A stretch of DNA of 64,000 nucleotides from an uncultured Candidatus Bathyarchaeia archaeon (GTDB taxonomy: Archaea > Thermoproteota > CALKCG01 > B24): assembly GCA_964568845.1 (NCBI GenBank), contig CAZMSC010000004.1, positions 55 through 64,054 of the forward strand, read 5' to 3'. Positions 58,735-64,000 of this stretch are shown here, piece after piece. Each line of letters begins with the position of its first letter. The first letter of the stretch is position 1. The position numbers and the translations under genes were made by a program. The notes below the pieces were generated by a model, which was given only the letters and a program-made list of their open reading frames with translations, did not search any database and had not been told where the DNA came from.

Positions 58735-59913
58735 TTGACTGAAGTAAGAACTTTAATACTTGGAGCAGGCTACGTAGCTACCATATTTACTGTTGGTCTT
58801 GAAAGGTTGAAAAGGGGCGAGATCAAACCATATGGAGTACCGTTAGCCGACTTCGACATAGGTATAGGTATTGATGATGTTAAGGTTGTGGCATGCGTCG
58901 ATGTTGATGCTAGAAAAGTCGGAAAAACGATGTATGATATCGCAAAGAGATTCTACAAGCTTAAGAGCGTACCACTTACGCTTAAAGATGTAGTCGTTCA
59001 TCCTGGAATAGAAATGGGATTTGTTAGAGAACTCTTCCCGATAGATTCACTAGATTATGAGGGAGATTTTCAGCGTTCCGTTGAAGAAATGTACGCTTTT
59101 ATTGAGAGAACTAAGCCAGATGTGATAGTAGATGTTACGACAACCCAGTACGCTAAACCGTTTAATGAGTATAGGTGCTTGGAGAAGGCAGTAGAGGAGA
59201 GAAAGGTTACTCCAACACAGCTCTACGCATATTTAGCGCTAAGACTTATGGAGGAGGGTAGACAGCTCTCCTATGTGAATTTGATACCAACTCCCATAGC
59301 AAACGATTATGCGTATGTTTCAACAGCTGGAAAGTTTGGAGGACTTATACTAGGTGACGATGGTGCAACAGGTGCAACACCTTTTACGGCAGATATGTTA
59401 GAACATCTTAGAGAGAGAAATAGGAAAGTGCTTGGCGTAGTTCAACTAAACATAGGGGGGAACAGTGACTTTAAATCCCTTCTTGATGAAAAAAGGAATA
59501 GAGCTAAAGAGTATACGAAAAATAGTATAGTTGAGGATGTACTCGGCTACTATACGCCCAGCTATATTAAGCCTACGGGTTTCCTCAGCTCTCTCGGCGA
59601 TAAAAAGTTCGTCTCAATACATGTAGAGTATATTTCGTTCAACGGCGTTAAAGACGAGATCATAGTCAATATGCGTATGAACGATAGCCCAGCGTTAGCC
59701 GGATATATGGTCGACTTGACGAGGCTTGCTAAATCGGCTTTAAACGCTGGCTTTTATGGAACAGTATACGATATAAACGCTTTCTATATGAAAAAACCGG
59801 GGCCTCCAAATTCAAAAAACATAGCTCGAATACTTGCATTTGAGAGGTTGAAATCATTCGTCAAAACAATAGTTGATAGGAATCGATTAAACATTCAACA
59901 GAGTATGTATTGA
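58735..59913 (+). CDS. ino1: myo-inositol-1-phosphate synthase (archaeal/bacterial short type)
   Basis: ILGAGYVAT Rossmann start, LGDDGATGATP and LNIGGNSDF. TTG start. Confidence 0.75.
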   Translation: MTEVRTLILGAGYVATIFTVGLERLKRGEIKPYGVPLADFDIGIGIDDVKVVACVDVDARKVGKTMYDIAKRFYKLKSVPLTLKDVVVHPGIEMGFVRELFPIDSLDYEGDFQRSVEEMYAFIERTKPDVIVDVTTTQYAKPFNEYRCLEKAVEERKVTPTQLYAYLALRLMEEGRQLSYVNLIPTPIANDYAYVSTAGKFGGLILGDDGATGATPFTADMLEHLRERNRKVLGVVQLNIGGNSDFKSLLDEKRNRAKEYTKNSIVEDVLGYYTPSYIKPTGFLSSLGDKKFVSIHVEYISFNGVKDEIIVNMRMNDSPALAGYMVDLTRLAKSALNAGFYGTVYDINAFYMKKPGPPNSKNIARILAFERLKSFVKTIVDRNRLNIQQSMY

Positions 59914-60002
59914 AAAGAAGCCCGTAGAGAACAAAGGGAGTACTGCTCTAGCTATTCTAGAATAGTTTAAAAGCTTTCGAGTAAGAAGTTAAAGGGGTTT
60001 AA

Positions 60003-61100
60003 ATGGAGAGGGTGAAGTTTGGAGTCATAGGGCTTAAAGGTATAGGTATGACGCACATAGAAGCCATAAGAAAGTGTGAAAGTGCTGAATTAGTAGCAGT
60101 ATGTGACATTGTCGAGGAACTCGCTAAAAATGTTGGAGGAAAATATGGAGTTAGATGGTTTACAGACTATAGAGAGATGACTGCGCTTAAAGATTTAGAT
60201 GCAGTATGTATATGCACCCCACACTTTCTACACCATCCAATGACTCTAGATGCTTTAGATGAAGATAAGCATGTTTTAGTCGAGAAGCCCATGGCTATAA
60301 CAGTTAGAGAAGCTGATGAAATGATTAAAAAAGCTAAAGTTAGAGGGCTTAAGCTTGGAGTGGCATTCACGTATAGGACAAGCCCGGCCTTGAGAAATGC
60401 AAAAAGTATGATAGAAAAGGGAGAATTGGGTAAGCTACTTAGAGCTACACTTGAGGTTGCAAACTACCGTACCCAACTCTATTATGAGGAGTCCCCATGG
60501 CGTAAAAACTGGAAAACATCTGGAGCTGGTGTTTTAATAAATCAGACAATCCACCATTTAGACGTAATGTACTGGTTTCTTGGGAAGCCTAAGAGAGCCG
60601 CAGGCTTTATAGATACAAAGTTGCACGACATTGAAGTTGAAGATTTAGCTAGTGCGGCATTGATTTTTGAAAACAATTGCCACGCTACTGTTCAAGTGAG
60701 CTTAGTTGACAGCCCTCAATTTGAAAGAATGGTTGTGAGTGGGACTAGAGGTAAAATCATATCGGATTTTGGGTCGCAGTTGAAGGTTGGTGTATCTGAG
60801 CCGGACGTTGAAACACACATTAGAACTTCTAAGGAGCCTTGGAGTAGGCCAAGTACAAGCTGGAGGGAAGTAACTGTACAAGGGAGCGGGGGACATAGTG
60901 AGATTATTAGAGATTTTGCTGAAGCCGTTAAATATGGTAGAGAACCTCTGGTATCTGGTGAAGATGGCATATGGTCTCTTGAAATGGTTAATGCAATAGT
61001 TCTATCGAATTTCACGGGTAAAGTTGTCGACATACCTGTTGACAGGGAAATCTACGACAGACTTATGGATAAGCTTAAAAGCGGGTTAAAACTTATCTAG
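60003..61100 (+). CDS. Gfo/Idh/MocA-family oxidoreductase
   Basis: FGVIGLKGIG, VLVEKPMA and a typical C-terminal alpha/beta domain. Confidence 0.8.
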   Translation: MERVKFGVIGLKGIGMTHIEAIRKCESAELVAVCDIVEELAKNVGGKYGVRWFTDYREMTALKDLDAVCICTPHFLHHPMTLDALDEDKHVLVEKPMAITVREADEMIKKAKVRGLKLGVAFTYRTSPALRNAKSMIEKGELGKLLRATLEVANYRTQLYYEESPWRKNWKTSGAGVLINQTIHHLDVMYWFLGKPKRAAGFIDTKLHDIEVEDLASAALIFENNCHATVQVSLVDSPQFERMVVSGTRGKIISDFGSQLKVGVSEPDVETHIRTSKEPWSRPSTSWREVTVQGSGGHSEIIRDFAEAVKYGREPLVSGEDGIWSLEMVNAIVLSNFTGKVVDIPVDREIYDRLMDKLKSGLKLI

Positions 61101-61104
61101 TAGA

Positions 61105-61865
61105 CTATTTCCACATTCTGGGATAGGTGTTAGGCTTCATAACCACTCTTTCCGTTTTAACAGCTACACCTTTTTCTCTTTCAAGCATTTCCTCGCTTGT
61201 CATCAAAGCTTTACCTAGAGCTACGAGTTCACCTTTAAGTGTGAATAGTGCGACTAAATCATCAACCTCTATGTCGGAGTTTAGACTTACAATGCCGGGT
61301 AATGCCAAATCCGCACCATGACATACAGCGTCAACTGCCGTGTCGCGAATCCAAATCTTCGGTATCAGGGCAGTAACTTCTTCGACAGGCTGAACTATAG
61401 ACCTGAGAGGTTTCTCGTCTCCAGCCTTATATGCTTCAATGGCAACAACCAAATCCCTCAACGATGTTAAACCCCTATCTTCACTGAAGGGGCCAACTCT
61501 AGTTCTTCGAAGCTCTCTCATATGCGCCCCACAGCCTAAGACTTCACCCATATCATGTATCAGTTTTCTAATATATGTGCCCGCTTGACAACAGACCCTT
61601 AAAAGTACATGACGCTTATCGACTTCCAGCACATCTATGTAGTAGATTCTTCTAGTTCTAAGAGCCTTTTTAACAGAAGATCTTAAGGGGGGCTTCTGGT
61701 AAATATCGCCCTGAAATTCTTCAGCAACTTCTCTAACCTTATCCTCAGAGATATTGTCGTGAAGCTTCATTATACATACGTATTCTTTGCCTCCGCTCAG
61801 TAAAACTTGGAGAGTCTTCGTAGCTTCATTTAATGCTACAGGCAATACACCGGTAGCGGGGGGAT
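61105..61865 (-). CDS. cbf5: Cbf5 (H/ACA RNP pseudouridine synthase) exon 2
   Basis: After splicing the exon begins (G)AT CCC CCC GCT ACC GGT = [17 protein letters not shown]. It then continues with [30 protein letters not shown] and a PUA domain ([17 protein letters not shown]). Confidence 0.85.
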
Positions 61866-61882
61866 ATCCCCGAAGGAAAGCT
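61866..61882 (-). other. 17-nt bulge-helix-bulge mRNA intron in cbf5
   Basis: Minus strand reads GGGGGGA-CUCU-[AG|A]-GCUUUCCUUC-GGGG-[AU|A]-UCCCCCC: a 7-bp outer helix, a 4-bp central helix and two 3-nt bulges. Excision restores the Cbf5 reading frame. Confidence 0.8.
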
Positions 61883-62108
61883 CTAGAGTCCCCCCGTGAC
61901 CAGCCTTATTAGCGTTCATAATCCTCTTAACAGTGGCTGTTACATCGTGACTTGTAGGACCAGCTGGTTTATCTAAAATGATAACTCCATATTCTAGATG
62001 TTCATCTATGGTTCTCTTCCAAGGTGGTTTACCGTAGGCTTCATTCGTCTCTTCGAATGTTTTGTAAAGCACTTCTCTTTTAATTTCCCAAGGCGGTTGA
62101 AGCCTCAA
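61883..62108 (-). CDS. cbf5: Cbf5 exon 1
   Basis: [17 protein letters not shown]...NKAGHGGTL(D). TTG start in a TTGA overlap with the rpl14e stop. Confidence 0.85.
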
Positions 62109-62392
62109 ACGACGACCCTCCTCTCAGGTTTTAAAGCCGTCTCAAATGATTCCCGTAACCCAGCTTTTTCAATAGCCTTTACCACTTCATCATCAGTTGC
62201 TCCTCTAGGTATTTCCAGCTTATAAGGAGTTGGCTCTATATGCTTGATATTTACTCTTCTCCTTTTAACACCATTGATCAATCTAGGCCCAGTTATCAAA
62301 GCAAAATTCTCATCTATTATATCTATTACAACACATTTCCTACCCGCTTCTCTACCCATGGTTTTAATGCAAACTCGACCCACCTCTATCAT
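62105..62392 (-). CDS. rpl14e: 50S ribosomal protein eL14 (L14e)
   Basis: [27 protein letters not shown]...[14 protein letters not shown]. Confidence 0.85.
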   Translation of the reverse strand: MIEVGRVCIKTMGREAGRKCVVIDIIDENFALITGPRLINGVKRRRVNIKHIEPTPYKLEIPRGATDDEVVKAIEKAGLRESFETALKPERRVVV

Positions 62393-62412
62393 AGTAAAAA
62401 CCCCCGTTTACC

Positions 62413-62976
62413 TCACTCAGACGACTGTTTGGTTTTAAGTTTAGCATACTCATCTATTAACGTTTTCAAAACTCTGAAAACAGAGTCTGTGGGGAGTCTA
62501 TCGGTATTCAATACAATATCGTATATATTGAGGTTTTGAAACTCTATTCCGTAAAACTGACTGTATCTGAGCCTATCATTAGCCTCCCTCTGTAAGGTTT
62601 CTCTAGCAACTTCTTCAATGGACTTTCCTTCACGTTTAGCCAACCGTTTAAACCTAACTTTATCTGAAGCTGTCAAGAATATCTTAACTTCAGCCAATTC
62701 ACCAGCCATCCAGGCCACCAAATCGCCCTCTAGAACGACGGAGCCTTTCAAAGCCTCCTCCTTCGTTCTAGAATCTATATAGTTGTCTAGTTTAGGATCA
62801 TTCTTAAGCTTCTCTGAGGCCTCAGCCAAGTTTAAATGTTCCTGTTTACAGTATTCGCGGAATAGGCTTCCAGCTGAAACATACCTGAGGTTAAATGCTG
62901 AAGCTATCATTCTAGCTTGGGTGGACCTACCAGCCCCATGCAACCCGCTAACAGCTATTACGAGGCTGTTATTCAA
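62413..62976 (-). CDS. cmk: archaeal-type cytidylate kinase
   Basis: VSGLHGAGRSTQA P-loop, YVSAGSLFRE, VLEGDL and RYSQFYGIEFQNLNIYDIVLNT. Confidence 0.85.
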   Translation of the reverse strand: MNNSLVIAVSGLHGAGRSTQARMIASAFNLRYVSAGSLFREYCKQEHLNLAEASEKLKNDPKLDNYIDSRTKEEALKGSVVLEGDLVAWMAGELAEVKIFLTASDKVRFKRLAKREGKSIEEVARETLQREANDRLRYSQFYGIEFQNLNIYDIVLNTDRLPTDSVFRVLKTLIDEYAKLKTKQSSE

Positions 62977-63214
62977 TGCTCGATATCACCTCTTTAATCA
63001 AGAGGCGTTTGAGGCAATTGTGGCATATACTTCCCCCGTGAAGTCTTGAAACAGTCTTCTGAGTCTTAACAGTATTATGATGGACACCATGTAGCACACC
63101 GCCGCATAAACCACAGTGAACAACATTAGACTTTCTCTTTACAACCCTTGTAACAGATTTCCCACCAGGAAGCTTAACTTTCACTTTAGGTTTTGCTAGA
63201 AGACTTTTCCCCAC
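62969..63214 (-). CDS. rpl34e: 50S ribosomal protein eL34 (L34e)
   Basis: VKLPGGKSVTRVVKRK..VVHCGLCGGVLHGV. Confidence 0.85.
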   Translation of the reverse strand: MGKSLLAKPKVKVKLPGGKSVTRVVKRKSNVVHCGLCGGVLHGVHHNTVKTQKTVSRLHGGSICHNCLKRLLIKEVISSIE

Positions 63215-63740
63215 TGCTCACAACCTCCGGAGACGTTGGTATGAATGATACGCCCATAAGCTTAGATATTGGAAGGTTTGATGCGAAAACGCATATAGTA
63301 TACCATATAGGTATATTGATCGGTGTCTCGAATGGAAAAGGAATCAATATCGCGTAATTTGAGCCGAAAATACCGTAAAGTATTGAGAAAAATATCCAGA
63401 AGATAAACCAGAACACTGCTATTCTAATGATAAATCTCGTAAAAACTTTTGTACTGAGGCTTCTAATTATGGGTTCTTTCTTCCTAATTTTTATTAAAAT
63501 CTTCTTATCACTTTTCAATTTATACTCTTCTAATAATTGCTTATATTCGCTAAACTCTTTCATATATTGTTTTTGAAGCGTTTCATTCATTATGAGTTTA
63601 TTTATAGAGATGGATAGTAGACCCATTAGCAAAGAAAAGCCTAGGATTAGAAGGGAGCCCATTCCCTGACTAGCAGTTAAAGGTTTTAAAGGACTTAGAA
63701 GCTCTACAAACATGTTTATAAATGCCTCAAACGGATTCAT
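63186..63740 (-). CDS. DUF106/EMC3-like membrane protein (archaeal YidC/Oxa1-like)
   Basis: TM1, then a charged coiled region LQKQYMKEFSEYKQLLEEYK, then two further TM helices. It occupies the conserved position between secY and rpl34e. Confidence 0.6.
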   Translation of the reverse strand: MNPFEAFINMFVELLSPLKPLTASQGMGSLLILGFSLLMGLLSISINKLIMNETLQKQYMKEFSEYKQLLEEYKLKSDKKILIKIRKKEPIIRSLSTKVFTRFIIRIAVFWFIFWIFFSILYGIFGSNYAILIPFPFETPINIPIWYTICVFASNLPISKLMGVSFIPTSPEVVSSGEKSSSKT

Positions 63741-63746
63741 AACGAA

Positions 63747-64000
63747 TCACTTCTCAAGAATAGGTCTTAAAGCAGGATACATCTCTACAACTCTTTCCTG
63801 AACTAGAAGCTGATAATACTGGTAGGCTATGTCTACAGATAACAGCACGCCTGTACCAGAACCGAACACATTAAATAGGTCGGACACTACTGCTATAAGC
63901 CCTATGAGCGCTCCTCCGAGAATTGCGACAACTGGAATATACCTACTCATCACAGATTCGATACTTTTAACGGTTCGCCTCCTACCTGGTATTTGAACAC
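63747..64000 (-). CDS. secY: SecY translocon subunit, C-terminal part (5' end outside the window)
   Basis: The frame is open to the window edge: ..QIPGRRRTVKSIESVMMSRYIPVVAILGGALIG...GSGTGVLLSVDIAYQYYQLL, a typical SecY C-terminus. Confidence 0.75.
   Translation of the reverse strand, partial: VQIPGRRRTVKSIESVMSRYIPVVAILGGALIGLIAVVSDLFNVFGSGTGVLLSVDIAYQYYQLLVQERVVEMYPALRPILEK

Noticed and set aside
61105-62108. cbf5 as a frameshifted pseudogene (two ORFs, 61836..62108 and 61105..61845)
   Set aside because: The 17 nt that cause the frame change sit in a canonical bulge-helix-bulge motif. Their removal regenerates the catalytic GTLDP..G.LP motif exactly. Both halves are otherwise intact, so an mRNA intron explains the data better.

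Overview
Dense 64-kb chromosomal segment from a hyperthermophilic archaeon of Thermoproteota/Crenarchaeota type. Support: reverse gyrase, crenarchaeal ribosomal-protein/RNA-polymerase gene order, a bulge-helix-bulge intron in cbf5, AT-rich TATA-like boxes about 25-35 nt upstream of starts, and many 4-14 nt gene overlaps. No rRNA, tRNA, CRISPR array or intact transposase was recognised by eye. About 70 protein genes are supported. Housekeeping blocks: (i) S13-S4-[S11 inverted]-RpoD-L18e-L13-S9 ... RpoN-enolase-S2; (ii) SecY-DUF106-L34e-Cmk-L14e-Cbf5; (iii) an eight-gene aspartate kinase/ASA dehydrogenase/alternative archaeal shikimate operon (aroA'-aroB'-aroD-aroE-aroK-aroA); (iv) purB, ilvE, reverse gyrase, FEN-1, deoxyhypusine synthase, tungsten AOR, myo-inositol-1-phosphate synthase. 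Several glycoside hydrolases are scattered through the window (GH2 beta-galactosidase, GH2 beta-mannosidase, GH4, one clan GH-A enzyme). Most notable observations: cbf5 is not frameshifted but carries a 17-nt BHB mRNA intron inside its catalytic Asp codon. rps11 alone is inverted within the conserved operon. A 1.2-kb gene-poor stretch (56.1-57.3 kb) is packed with G5-tract repeats, direct and inverted repeats and a decayed ORF, which could be a captured-element remnant or an origin-like region. An unannotated 31-aa classical C2H2 zinc-finger ORF lies at 58506-58601. A decaying accessory corner at 0.3-2.9 kb holds VapBC, two abutting gene fragments and a perfect 16-bp hairpin. All functional calls come from motif and family recognition by eye; no database search was run.
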